64,000 nt of DNA, from positions 1,178,001 through 1,242,000 of the forward strand of contig NW_027140825.1 in assembly GCF_036365525.1 (NCBI RefSeq). The letters are read 5' to 3'. The translations under genes and the position numbers were made by a program. Source of the stretch: Heterodontus francisci. Its lineage: Eukaryota. The stretch's first letter is position 1, and every line of letters begins with the position of its first letter. The notes beneath the pieces are model-generated. The model saw only the letters and a list, made by a program, of their open reading frames with translations, did no database searches and was not told where the DNA came from. Shown one piece after another: positions 13,010 through 25,165 of the stretch.

Positions 13010-13410
13010 TTAAATATTCACTCCCACCACCACCAACGCACAGTGGAAGCAGTATGTACCAGCTGCAAAAAGCACTGCAGTAATGCACCAAGGCTCCTTC
13101 GACAGCACCTTCCAAACCCGCGGCCTCTACCAACTAGATGGACAAGGGCAGCAGAATCATGGGGACACCACCGCCTGCAAGGTCCCCTCCAAGTCACACA
13201 CCATCGTGACTTGGAACTATATCACCGTTCCTTCATTGTCGCTGGGTCAAAATCCTGAAACTCCCTTCCTAACAGCACTGTGGGTGTACCTACACTACAT
13301 GGACTGCAGTGGTTCACGAAGGCAGCTCACCACCACCTTCTCAAGGGGCAATTAGGGATGGACAATAAATGCTGACCTCAACCAGCATCGCCCAAAATCC
13401 CATGAATGAA
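13010..13410 (+). mobile_element. L2/CR1-group LINE 3' fragment, chimeric junction copy
   Basis: Same element as 8100-8500 and 18630-19030. Confidence 0.85.
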
Positions 13411-13869
13411 TTAAAAAATAGAAAATAACCGCACCAAAAATACATCAACAACCTCAACATGCAAAAACCAAATTGAACAACAATTTAAACAGGGAAGAAA
13501 ACAACAAGTACAACAAAAACCTCAGCAGGGAAAACACCAACCAACACAACAACTACCTCAGCAGGAGAACAAGGCCAACAAATTCAACAACAGATCAGCA
13601 GGAGATTCAAACACCAACAAATTCAACAACCTCAGTCGGAGAAAAACACCAGCAAATACAACAACAACCTCAGCAGCAGAATGATACCAATAAATGCCAC
13701 AGCAACTACTGGCAGCCAATGGTAGAGAGAGGGGCGTGGGTTCCCCATCAGGGAGGGAGGTGTTGTGCAAACCTGAATCACTTGCTTGAGTCTACATGTG
13801 GCTCCTCACAAGACTCAACTGTCTTCTTTCCACTGATTTCCCAATTGCAGGATAAGCTTCCAGTGGAAG

Positions 13870-14361
13870 ATGTATCTGTTACTGAGTCTCATGGTCTTAT
13901 TTCAAAGTAAAGGATCTTTCTCACCACCACCCCACACCCCCATTGTTTTTATTAACAGCTCTCTTTCTTATTTTCTTTCGCTCTATCTTTCTCTTCTTCC
14001 TTCATTCTTCACATCCCAGATTGTCCATGTTCACTGACTTTCTTCTCTCCCGGTCTCTTCCCCCAGGCGCAATCTCCGCGAGGGTCCGCCAGACTCCCAC
14101 CGCCATCTCCAGATTTCCTGGGGAGGGAGTGGGACTGGAGTGCCGTGTGGAGGATGAGAGTAGCGGTTACATGTTCTGGTACAGACAGGACCGGGGAAGG
14201 AGCCGCGGCTGATGTTTTACACCACAGCTACACCAGGTGTGAACTCAGAGGGGACGGTGGAGGGTTTCAACGCCAAACGACCGACTGGCTCCCAGTTCAA
14301 CCTGGAGTACACCAGCCTGCTGGAGAATCACTCGGCCCTGTATTTCTGTGCCTGGAGTCAG
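13870..14361 (+). pseudogene. TRBV: TRBV pseudogene, family A (leader 13870-13906, V exon 14067-14361)
   Basis: MYLLLSLMVLFQ | AISARVRQTP..LECRV..MFWYRQ, 1-nt deletion near 14190, then MFY..FNLE..LYFCAWSQ. Confidence 0.9.
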
Positions 14362-14400
14362 CACAGTGACTCAGAGAGACGGAGCAGTTCAACAAAACAC
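14362..14400 (+). other. 23-RSS (nonamer variant)
   Basis: CACAGTG-23-ACAAAACAC. Confidence 0.85.
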
Positions 14401-15030
14401 CAAGAGAAACACCTGTTTCAGATTAAGGCCTGCAGCTCTGTATCCTGTTGGGTTTACCTGTTGCAGTGTGAACATGTCTTTGACATGATGAAGACACAGG
14501 TTGCATTGAACGTCGGGGAAAAGTTGCACGGAAATATCTTCAAGGATGATACGAGAACTGGGAGGTTATAATGATCAGAAAAAGACTGAACAGATTGGGC
14601 TCTTATCGCTTGAAAAGAGAAGGCTCAGGAGTGCCCTGATAGAGCTCTTTAAGATTATGAAAGGGTTTTTGATCAGATAAATGTAGAGAAGTTTTTTTTC
14701 ATTTGCGGGTGAGACCAGAAAAAGGGGTGGGGCATCAATATAAGACAGTCAGCCATAAATCCAATTGGGAATTCGGGAGAAACATCTTCACCCAGAGAGT
14801 GGGGAGAATGTGGAACTCATTATCACAGGCTGAGGGGAATAGGGAAGATATATTTAAGCTGAGGGGATGCTGGATAGGACATGAGGGAGAGAGGAACAGA
14901 AGGATATGTGGCTGGGGGCGCGATGAAGAGGGCGTGGAACAACGTTCGTGTGGACCAAAAAGACCAGCATGGATGTATCGGGACGAATGGCCTGTTGCTG
15001 TGCTGTAAATTCCCTGCAGCTGGAGCGAGG

Positions 15031-15464
15031 AGCAGGAGCACAAACAATGTGGGACTAGTCAGTGGAGCTGGGGGACTGACTCCTGGGTGAGTAGCAGGAA
15101 CACCAACACTGTGGGACTAGTCAGTGGAGCTGGGGGACTGACTCCTGGGTGAGGAGCAGGAACACCAACACTGTGGGACTAGTCAGTGGAGCTGAGGGAC
15201 TGACGCCTGGGTGAGTAGCAGGAACACCAACACTGTGGGACTAGTCAGTGGAGCTGGGGGACTGACTCCTGGGTGAGTAGCAGGAACACCAACACTGTGG
15301 GACTAGTCAGTGGAGCTGGGGGACTGACTCCTGGGTGAGTAGCAGGAACACCAACACTGTGGGACCAGTCAGTGGAGCTGGGGGACTGACGCCTGGGTGA
15401 GTAGCAGGAACACCAACACTGTGGGACCAGTCAGTGGAGCTGGGGGACTGACTCCTGGGTGAGT
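15031..15464. repeat. 62-bp VNTR, 7 copies
   Basis: agcaggaacaccaacactgtgggactagtcagtggagctgggggactgactcctgggtgagt x7; single copy at ~9792-9853. Confidence 0.95.
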
Positions 15465-16334
15465 AGCAGCTTTTCTTTGTGATCTTTATCTAAACCTGTC
15501 ACAATCTTGTACACCTCTATCAAGTCTCCACGCAATCTCAGTTTCTCCAGGGAGAATAACACCAGTTTCTCCAACGTAACCTTGTAACTAAAATCCTCCA
15601 TTCCTGGAACTATTCTGGTAAATCTCCTCTGCACCCACTCTATGACCCTCACCTCCTTCATAAAATGTGATAACCAGAACTGGAAGCAATTCTCCAGTTG
15701 TGGCCTAACTAGAGCATTATAAAGGTTCAGCATAACTTACTAGTTTTTGTAGGCTTTGCGTCTATTTATGAATCCCAAGATCTCGCATTTTTTGCTAATC
15801 TCATAGGTTTTTCTATTCCCATATTCTTTGCTACTGTTTCGAAGTACGGCCCCTGATGTAATGTAGGAAGAGTGGAAGCCAGTTTCTACAAGGCAAGATC
15901 CCAGGAACAGACAACCTGCTGAAGTTGTTGTTGAGTTTGTTGGTGTTTTTCCTGTTGAGGTGGTTGTTGAATTTGTTGGTGTTTTTCCTGCTGAGGTTGT
16001 TGTTCAATTTTATTGGTGTTTTTCTCCTGCTGAAGTTGTTGCTAACTTTGTTGATGTTTTTCTCCTGCTAAAGCTGTTGTTGGCATTGTTGGTGTTTTTC
16101 CTGTTGAAAGCGTTGTTGAATTTGATGGTGTTTTTCCTGTTGAAGTTGTTGTTGAATTTGCTGGTGTTTTTATCCTGCTGCAGTTGTTGTTGAATTTGTT
16201 GGTGTTTTTCTCCTACTGAAGTTGTTTTTGTATTTGTTGGTGTTATGTCCTGTTGAAATTGTTGTTGAATTTGTTGATGTTTTTCCTGTAATAAGTTGTT
16301 GTTGAATTTGTTGGTGTTTTTCCTGTTGAAGTTG

Positions 16335-16655
16335 TTTAGTTCAGAGTTTAGTTTAGAGATACAGCACTGAAACAGGCCCTTCGGCCTACCATGTCTGTGC
16401 CAACCACCAACCACCAATTTATACTAATCCTACACTAATTCCATATTCCTACCACATCCCAACCTGTCCCTGTATTTCCCTGCCACCTACCTTTACCACG
16501 GGCAATGTATAATGGCATGTGGGAGGAAACCAGAGCACCCACAGGAAACCCACGCAGACACAGGGAGAACTTGCAAACTCCACACAGGCAGAATTGAACC
16601 CGGGTCGCTGGAGCTATGAGGCTGCGGTGCTAACAACTGGGCCACTGTGCCGCCC
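16335..16655 (-). mobile_element. HE1-like V-SINE
   Basis: Reverse complement of the family at 11657-11980; absent from the paralogous tract at ~10600. Confidence 0.8.
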
Positions 16656-18130
16656 TTTTCATTGGTGCTTTTATTTTTCCTGTTGAAGTTATTGTTGAAT
16701 TTGTTAGTGTTTTTTTGTGCTGCAGTTGTTTTTGTATTTTTGGGGGGTTTTCTCCTCCGGGGGACAGCAGAGGGCGAGCTAGGACCAGGAAACACATCAG
16801 ACTTCACCAATATTGATTTAAAAAACATCGTTTATGTTGTTCTGTAAAATTGTTTCCTTTCTCTCTCTCTTCATGCCTGTTTCTCTGTCTCTGTTGCTCT
16901 TGTTATTTTTCCTCTCTCACACACACTCACTCTCATTCTCTTTCTTTATCCCTGTCTCTCTTTCCTTCTCTCATTTCCTCACAGCTCTGTTGCTCTTTCT
17001 GTCTCTCACACGCACACCCATTCTCATTCTCTCTCTTTATCTCACTCTCTTCTTTCCTTCCCCTCTCTTTCTCGCCTCTCATTTCCTCGCTTCCTCTTGC
17101 TGTCTGTCTCTATTTCTCTCTCAAACGCACTCAGTCTCATTCTGTCTCTCTGTCTCTAATTAATTCTGCCTATCTCCTCTCATTTCCTGTCTCTGTTTCG
17201 CTCTGTCTCTGTCTCTCCCTGTCTGTCTCTACACCTCCTATTGCCTCATTCTCTCTATCTGTCACTCGTTCTCTCAATCTCTCTCTCTCTCTCTCTTTCG
17301 AACTAATTTTCCCTGAATCATTCCATCTCTCAGTGGCTTTGTTGATCAGTCTGTCTCTCTCTCTCTGTCTTTGCCTCACTCTACCTCTCCCTTGCTCCCT
17401 CCCAGTTGTTCTCTCTCTCTCATACTCTCTTTATTTCTCCCTATGTGGGGTTCCCCGGGATGGCCTCTCCCTGTCCGGCTCTGTTCCCCTCTAAGGTTTT
17501 GTTGGTATGATGTGGTCAGAGGGTGCTCTGCAAGGAATACAACGCCAGTGACACTGGTTATTTGACCTATCTGCAGTTTCCACAGCAGCAGGGGCGGTTT
17601 GATCACACTGCTTATAACGAGCCTCCTCCTCTGAAATGAATCTCAAAGTAGTTTGAGATCTGCTTTCCATATTCCTGCTTTCCAGCTTTCAGACAGGAAA
17701 CACCACTATCCCCATTTGGTCCCATTGTTGATGAAATTAATGTTTGTAATAGTTACTTTATGCATTGCTATACATAATCTCCTCGTCTACCAAATTGAAA
17801 TAATTTACTGTTCCTTGATGTGAACAGCAGTTAGGATTATTCTGACAGAGTATCATCATTAAACATTACCAATTTTCTTTTTTCTCAGATACAGACTGAG
17901 CTGGTTTGTGTTCATCCTTCCGACTTTGGTGCTTTTATAGTTTTATCAATGTAATAAATCTGATTTATAATTGGGCTTAACCTGCGGAGCAAATATAAGT
18001 ATGAATGTAGCAGCGTGACTGGAGAAGAATAGTTTGTCTCCTTCTTATTCCCTCTCTTCTGCCTTTGCCTCTGTCCCTCCCTGTAACCCTGTATCGTTCT
18101 CTCCCCATTGATGTGCCATCCTGTGTGAAG

Positions 18131-18430
18131 AATCTTGTTAGATGTTAGATGGTTCTCCAGTCCCCAGCGGTCAACGCCCTGGTTCCCGTGGAGGAACCCA
18201 TGATCCACAGAAGCATTGGGCAGGGCAACATGACTGAGTGTTGTTTGGACTGGTACTTGCAGATTGGTGACTGCCTGGAATGGATCAGATAGAGTGTACT
18301 TTCTGCATCTAACTACAGGAAAAGGATTGAAACCCAGCACGAGACTCAGGCCAACACTTTCCCTCTGTCCTTGAAAAGCTCCTGGCTCCAAGACAACAGC
18401 ACTTACTACTGCGGGGCTCACTAGGATACA
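18131..18430 (+). pseudogene. TRBV: TRBV pseudogene, duplicate of 12514-12807
   Basis: VLQSPAVNALVP..DWYLQIGDCLEWIR*..TYYCG; shares the stop and the missing first Cys. Confidence 0.8.
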
Positions 18431-18469
18431 CACAGTGCAACTAGAATGCAAGGAAACACGGCAAAAACT
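18431..18469 (+). other. 23-RSS
   Basis: CACAGTG-23-GCAAAAACT. Confidence 0.85.
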
Positions 18470-18629
18470 TGGGAATTGTGTAATACACCTTATCCCAGTC
18501 TCTGGGGGTATGGTAGCATTGCTGTTATGTTACTGGGACTAGTAATCCTGAGGCTTCGACCGAATGATCCAGAGCACAAGAGTTCAAATCCCACCACAGC
18601 AGCTGGGGGAATCTAACTAAACAAACACC

Positions 18630-19030
18630 ACCTTAAATATTCACTCCCTCCGCCACAGACACACAGTGGCAGCAGTGTGTACCAGCTACACAATGCACTG
18701 CAGTAACGCACCAAGGCTCCTTCGACAGCACCTTCCAAACCCGCGACCTCAATCTAGAAGGACAAGTGCAGCAAATGCATGGGAACACCACCACCTGCAA
18801 GTTCCCCTCCAAGTCACACACCATCCTGACTTGGAACTGTTTCGGCCGTTCCTTCACTGTCGCTGGGTCAAAATCCTGGAACTCCCTTCCTAACAGCACT
18901 GTGGGTGTACTTACCTCACATGGACTGCAGTGGCTCAAGAAGGCAGCTCACCACCACCTTCTCAAGGGCGATTAGGGATGGGCAATAATTGCTGGCCTGG
19001 CCAGTGACTCCCACATCCAATGAAATAATA
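18630..19030 (+). mobile_element. L2/CR1-group LINE 3' fragment
   Basis: MHCSNAPRLLRQHLPNPRP..SWNSLPNS..KKAAHHHLLKG. Confidence 0.85.
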
Positions 19031-19354
19031 AAAGAATGTTTGCAGATGTCACTAAAATCTGTGCACGGGTTAAGACAGTAGAGGGGTCCTGTGGAATCCA
19101 AAGTGATTTCCCTGTGGCAGGGGATTAGGCCACACAATGGCAACTGGCATTAAATTTAGGCTTATGTTGTGTTATGTACGTTGATGGGGCCAGAAATGAA
19201 TCCAATTGCAGGGAAGATACTGAAAGAGGCCAGCAGAGAATTATTCTGGTCTGATCAGTGAAGGGTGAAGACTGATGTAAAGAGCCTGCAGTTAAAGTTA
19301 ACGGGTTTTTAGATTGTGTTAATGGAATCATCATGAATCAAATGACTAGATTTT

Positions 19355-20790
19355 AGAATAACATGAGAAATCGGAGCAGGAGTAGACCATTCGGCCCGTC
19401 GATCCTGCTCTGTCATTCAATACCATCATGACTGATCCTCTAACTCAACTCCACTTTTCCACCCGCTCCCCATATCCCTTCAGTCCATCAGTGACCACAT
19501 ATCTGTCTATCACAACCTGAAATATATTCAATAATGGAGCATCCACCACCCCCGGGGGTAGAGAATTCCAAAGATTTACCACCCTTTGAGTGAAGAAACC
19601 TCTCCTTATCTCAGTCCCAAATGCTTGGCCCCTTATCCTGAGGCTGCAAGAGATTCCCCAGCCAGGGGAAACAACTTCTCAGTGTCTACCCAGTCAAGCA
19701 CATTCAGAATCTTGTATGTTTCACTGAGATCACCTTTCATTCTTCTAACCTCCATAGAATACAGGCTCTCTCATCATAGGACAAACCTTTCATCCCAGGA
19801 ACCAATGGAGTGACCCTTCGTTGTACTGCCACCAAGGCAAGTGTAGCCTTCCTCGGATATGAAGACCACAACTGTGTACAGTAAAGCAGGTGTGATCTTA
19901 TCAAAGCGCTGGCCAATTGTAACAAGACTTCCTTATTCCTGTACTCCAATCCCACTTGCAGTAAAGGCCAACAGGCCATTTGCCTTGCTAATTTCTTGCT
20001 GCACCTGCATGTGAACTTACTGTGTCTCATGTACGGGGACACCCAAGCCTCTCTGAACATCAACATCGAGAAGATTCACGCCTTGTAAAAAATTATATTC
20101 TTACAACCAAAGTGAACAACCTCATTCTTCCCCACATTATACTCCATCTGCCAATCACTTATTTTGAAATTATGCTGCCTAGTTCTAGATTCGCCCACCA
20201 GGGAGAAACATCCTCTCGGCTTCCAAGCTGTCAATCACCCTTAAATTATTACATGTCTCGGTAAGATCACCTCTCATTCTTCTAAACTCCAGTGGGTATC
20301 GGCTCAAACTGCTCAACATTTCCTCATAAGACAATCCCTTCATCCCAGGTATCAGCCGAGTGAACCTTCTCTGAACTAATTCCAATGCATTTATGTCCTT
20401 TCTTAATTACGTAGACCAATACTTTACTCAGTACTCCAGATGTGGTCTAACTAAGGCCCTGTACAGCTTTAGCAACACTTCCCTACTTTTATATTCTATT
20501 CCCCTTGCAATAAACAACAACATTTCATTTGCCGCCCTAATCACTCGCTGTACCTACATGCTGACTTTTTGTGATTCACGTACCAGGACACGCAGATCCC
20601 TCTGTACTGTCGAGACCTGCAGTCTCTCTCTATTTAAATAATATTCTGAATTCCCATGCTTCCTGCCAAAGTGGGCAAGCTCACATTTGTCCACAGTATG
20701 CTCCATCTGCCATTTTTTGCCCACTTACTTAACCTATCTATAACCCTCTGCAGACTCTTTGTGCCCTCCTCACAATTTGTTTTCCAACCT
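19355..20790 (-). mobile_element. Nested degenerate CR1 LINE 3' fragments
   Basis: VQRRFTRLIPGMKGLSYEE..RRMRGDL; CR1 tail. Confidence 0.75.
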
Positions 20791-21099
20791 ATCTTTCGCA
20801 TGGTCAGCACATTCCTGACCAATCAAAAAATAAGGCAATATTCCATGGAAGGAAAGGTGGGAATGTTGGGAAGGGAAGAGAGAAAGTCGGGCTCAGGGGC
20901 TTGCAGGAATCTGCATAAATAACAGCAATGCTGCTGAGGGAAGTGCTCCTCATTTGTTCACTCTGCTGACAGGCGTGGTCGAGGTACAGGATGGGCGGCC
21001 AATCGTTCCACTCTCTTCATCACAACCGGTGGCATTTCCATTTACCAGGCGCCGGCTTGATGCTCAGTAAGGGCTGCCTCTCTGCTTCTGAGAAGGACA

Positions 21100-21725
21100 A
21101 TGGCAGTCTCAGCTAAAAACATCTCAATCTTGGTCATCTTATTGCTTGGACATTGGATTTTTTGTAAGTGCTATCCCTTCAGCAGGTGGAAGTAGATTCA
21201 ATAGTAATCTCCCAAATGGCTATTGGATCAGGGCTTGGAGCAGGGAAATTGGGAGGGCAATGGGGTAGGAGCAGGGGCAAGTGAGACTAACTCGATAGCT
21301 CATTCAAACAGCCAGCGCAGATACGATGGGCAGAACGGCCTCTTTCTATTCTATTAGATTCTATGATTTATGCTACCATTTTCCTTGCATGATTCTGAAT
21401 CACTTTCTTTTATGGAATGTGTTCCAGGGGTTCAGTCTGCACCTACTGTGGTCCAGACTCCAGCCGCGGCTTCTATTCGACCGGGGAAGCCCCTCGCCCT
21501 CGGCTGCAACTTGGAGGGAGCCAGCATGGGCAGCTACACCATGCACTGGTACAGGCAGGAGGGGAAGGCAGTAGAGTGGATGTGCAATGAGCACGGCAGC
21601 TGTGGGCCAGGCTTTGAGAAGCGGTTCACTGTGCAACAAGACTCTGCAAGCAACCGATTCTCCCTGCAGCTGGGCGACCCCCAGCCGACAGACACTGCGA
21701 CCTACTACTGTGCAGCAAGTGTGGG
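21100..21725 (+). CDS. TRBV: TRBV segment, open, YYCAAS family (leader 21100-21163, V exon 21428-21725)
   Basis: MAVSAKNISILVILLLGHWIF|WVQSAPTVVQTP..LGCNLEGASMGSYTMHWYRQEGKAVEWMCNEHGSCGPGFEKRF..DTATYYCAASV; GT-AG phase-1 intron; Cys23, Trp41 and Cys104 present. Confidence 0.9.
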
Positions 21726-21764
21726 CACGGCGATACAACCCTGCAGCAGAGTGAGACAAAAACG
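21726..21764 (+). other. 23-RSS with variant heptamer
   Basis: CACGGCG-23-ACAAAAACG. Confidence 0.85.
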
Positions 21765-21914
21765 TCCTCACCCTCCCAACCTGCCCCTAAAACACCCACC
21801 TGTGAGCAGCAGCATCTGGAAAGCTCAGCAAACCAACGAGCCCCTGTGTATCTCTATTGGTGACCTTTGCAACACCATGTCATTTGAAAACACTTTACAG
21901 CCAGTTAGCCAAAA

Positions 21915-22425
21915 AGTCATACAGCCAGTATGGTACAGAAGGAGGCCATTCGGCCCATCGAGTCCATGCAATCTAGTCAATTCCATTCCACCTCTCTATC
22001 CCTGCGGTCTAGCAAGATTATCCCCTTCAAGTGTCCATTCAATTTCCTTTTGAAATCATTCATTGTCTCCACTTCCACCACCCTGGTAGGCAGTGAATTC
22101 CCTGTTGTTACCACTCACTGTGTATAGAGGTTCTTCCTCAAATACCCCAGTATCTATTGTCCAGAATCATCAATCTGTGACCAATAGTCCTTGCACCATC
22201 CACTAATGGGAACAGGTTTACTCTGTCTACTTTATCTAACACTGTCACAATCGTGTACATCTCCTATCCGATCTCCCCTCAATCGCCTTTGCTCAAAGGA
22301 AAACCACCCCATATTCTCCAATCTAACCATGTAACATCCCTGGAACCATTCTGGTAAATCTCCTCTGCAGCCTGTCAAGGACACTCATCCTTCCTAAAGT
22401 GTGGTGACCACAACTGGACGGCATA
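21915..22425 (-). mobile_element. CR1 LINE 3' fragment
   Basis: aggaggccattcggcccatcgag tail and RT C-terminal remnants. Confidence 0.7.
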
Positions 22426-22426
22426 C

Positions 22427-23505
22427 TCCCCCTCTCACCATCTCCATCTGCTGGTGACCCTGTCTCACTGCAGTTACTGTCCCCCTCCCACCATCCCCAT
22501 CTGCTGGTGTCCCTCTCTCACTGCAGTCACTGCCCCCCTCTGACCATCTCCATCTGCTGGTGTCCCTCTCTCAATGCAGTCACTGCCCCCCTCTCACCAT
22601 CTCCATCTGCTGGTGACCCTCTCTCACTGCAGTTGCTGTCACCCCTCTGACCATCTCCATCTGCCTCACTGCAGTTACTCCCCCACTCACCATCCCCATC
22701 TGCTGGTGACACTCTCTCACTGCAGTTCCTGTCCCCCTCCCACCATCTCCATCTGCTGGTTTCCCTCTCTCACTGCAGTCACTGCCCCCCTCTGACCATC
22801 TCCATCTGCTGGTGTCCCTCTCTCACTGCAGTCACTGCCCCCCTCTGACCATCTCCATCTGCTGGTGTCCCTCTCTCACTGCAGTCACTGCCCCCCTCTC
22901 ACCATCTCCATCTGCTGGTGACCCTCTCTCACTGCAGTTACTGTCACCCCTCTGACCATCTCCATCTGCCTCACTGCAGTTACTCCCCCTCTCACCATCT
23001 CCATCTGCTGGTGACACTCTCTCACTGCAGTTACTGTCCCCCTCCCACCATCTCCATCTGCTGGTGTCCCTCTCTCACTGCAGTCACTGCCCCCTCTCAC
23101 CATCTCCATCTGCTGGTGACACTCTCTCACTGCAGTTACGGTCCCCCTCCCACCATCTTCATCTGCTGGTGTCCCTCTCTCACTGCAGTTACTGTCCCCC
23201 CTCTGACCACCTCCATCTGCTGGTGACCCTGTCTCACTGCAGTTACTCCCCCTCTCACCATCTCCATCTGCTGGTGTCCCTCTCTCACTGCAGTTACTCC
23301 CCCTCCCACCATCTCCATCTGCTGGTGTCCCTGCCTCACTGCAGTTACTCCCCCTCTCACCATCTCCATCTGCTGGTGTCCCTCTCTCACTGCAGTTACT
23401 GTCCCCCTCCCACCATCTCCATCTACTGGTGGCCCTGTCTCACTGCAGTTACTCCCCCTCTCACCATCTCCATCTGCTGGTGTCTCTATCTCACTGCAGT
23501 TATTG
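22427..23505 (-). repeat. ~50-bp minisatellite, ~19 full plus 2 deleted units, each with a CTCF-like motif on the - strand
   Basis: - strand unit: actgcagtgagagagggacaCCAGCAGATGGAGatggtgagagggg. The repeat is certain; the CTCF role is inferred. Confidence 0.9.
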
Positions 23506-23809
23506 GTCCCTCTCTCGCTGATGATGTTAACTCCTTTTCACTCCCCACAGAGGCTGTCTGATCTGTTAACTATTTCCAAGCTTGTCTATTTATAATTCAG
23601 AAGCTCAGCCAGCAGCAATAAAGTGACACAGCTCCCAGAACCGAAACCATGCATTAACTTCACCAGCATCCAGTCTGTTAAATTATGAAGAAATGTTGCA
23701 TAGACAAGGCTTGCAGTCCCGACATGAGAATATTGACAGGGGAATCTAATGGAGGTGTTTAATTTTTTAAAGGATTTAAGATGGTGAGAGGGAACAGTAA
23801 CTGCAGTGA

Positions 23810-24150
23810 GACAGGGAGCAGGATTAGGCCATTCAGCCCATTGAGCCTGCTCTGCCATTCAATACTATCATGGCTGATCATCCACATCAATGCCTTTTCT
23901 CCAGACTATCCTCATATCCCTTTATGTCATTGGTATTTAGAAATCTGTTAATCTCTGCTTTAAACATACTCAATGACTGAGCTTCCACAGCCCTCTGGGA
24001 TAGAGAATTCCAAAGATTCACAACCCTCTGAGTAAAGAAATTTCTCCTCATCTCAGTCCCAAGTGGCTTCCCCCTTATTTTGAAATTGTGCACCTTGGTT
24101 GTAGACTCCCCAACCAAGGGAAACATCTTACCTGCATCTACCCTGTTGAT
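23810..24150 (-). mobile_element. CR1 LINE 3' end
   Basis: MRRNFFTQRVVNLWNSL..FKAEINRFL. Confidence 0.85.
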
Positions 24151-25165
24151 AAGTCATAGGGAGAGAGAACGGAAAAGATTCACGAGTATGGTTCCAGGGA
24201 TGAGGAATTTCAGTTATTGAAGATCGATTGGAGAAGTCGGAGATAAACCAACCACAAAGAGCAAGAGTGTTCGAGAGCAAGTAACAGAGAGAGAAATAGA
24301 GAAGAGAGAGAGGGGGGATGTGGGGGGGAACGAAATGGAAAGGAAAATAGAGAGACGGAGAGACTACGAGATAATGGGTGATGGAGACAGAGTAAGAAGG
24401 AAAATGAGAAATTAGAGGAAAAGAGGGTGTACAGAAAGTGAGAAAAATGAATGAGAGGTAGAGTGCCCAAGATAAGGAAAGCCTGGGACAGAGAGAAAGA
24501 CAGAAAGCGAGAGAGAGTGAGAGAAAGAGAGATTGTGTGTGTGTGCGAAAGAGATCAAACAGTCGTTTAATTTTAACAAAAGTAACTTTAACCCCAGAAA
24601 AATGAGTGGAGTCACACATACAAACACAGAGTGCAGGTTAATGCCCAGACATGCTTTATTAAAGATTAAAAGTTGCAGAGAGAAATCACTCAGTAATCAC
24701 GGTTGCAACCCATTGGACTCGATACAATGGTCCAAAAATATTATCACTGCCAATCAAACAATTTCATCAGCTCAACAGCGATTAGTGAAATGATCCATAA
24801 ACTGCAGTGTTCAATGATTGGAGGAAGATTACAGAGCATGACTGAGAATATATAGCAATGTGTTTAACACATCTCCCAGATCAATTACAAGATGAATTAT
24901 ATAATCAGTAAATTCACTCCCTACTGTCCGATCAAATCTGACTTCCTAATTGTTGGACTTGACTTCCCTTCACTTTCTCTCTTGGCGTGCTGCCAGCTGC
25001 CACCCATGGACAGAGTGTACACTCCTTCCTCCCCTTCCCCAACACCCTCATGTCTTTATTCATCCACAGTGTCCCATTAGGGAATTAGTGTGCTCTTGGT
25101 TTGAAGTGAAACACAATTTTCCAGCTCAATGTTTGAAATCCTTCTCACTGTTGTTCTGCATCATT

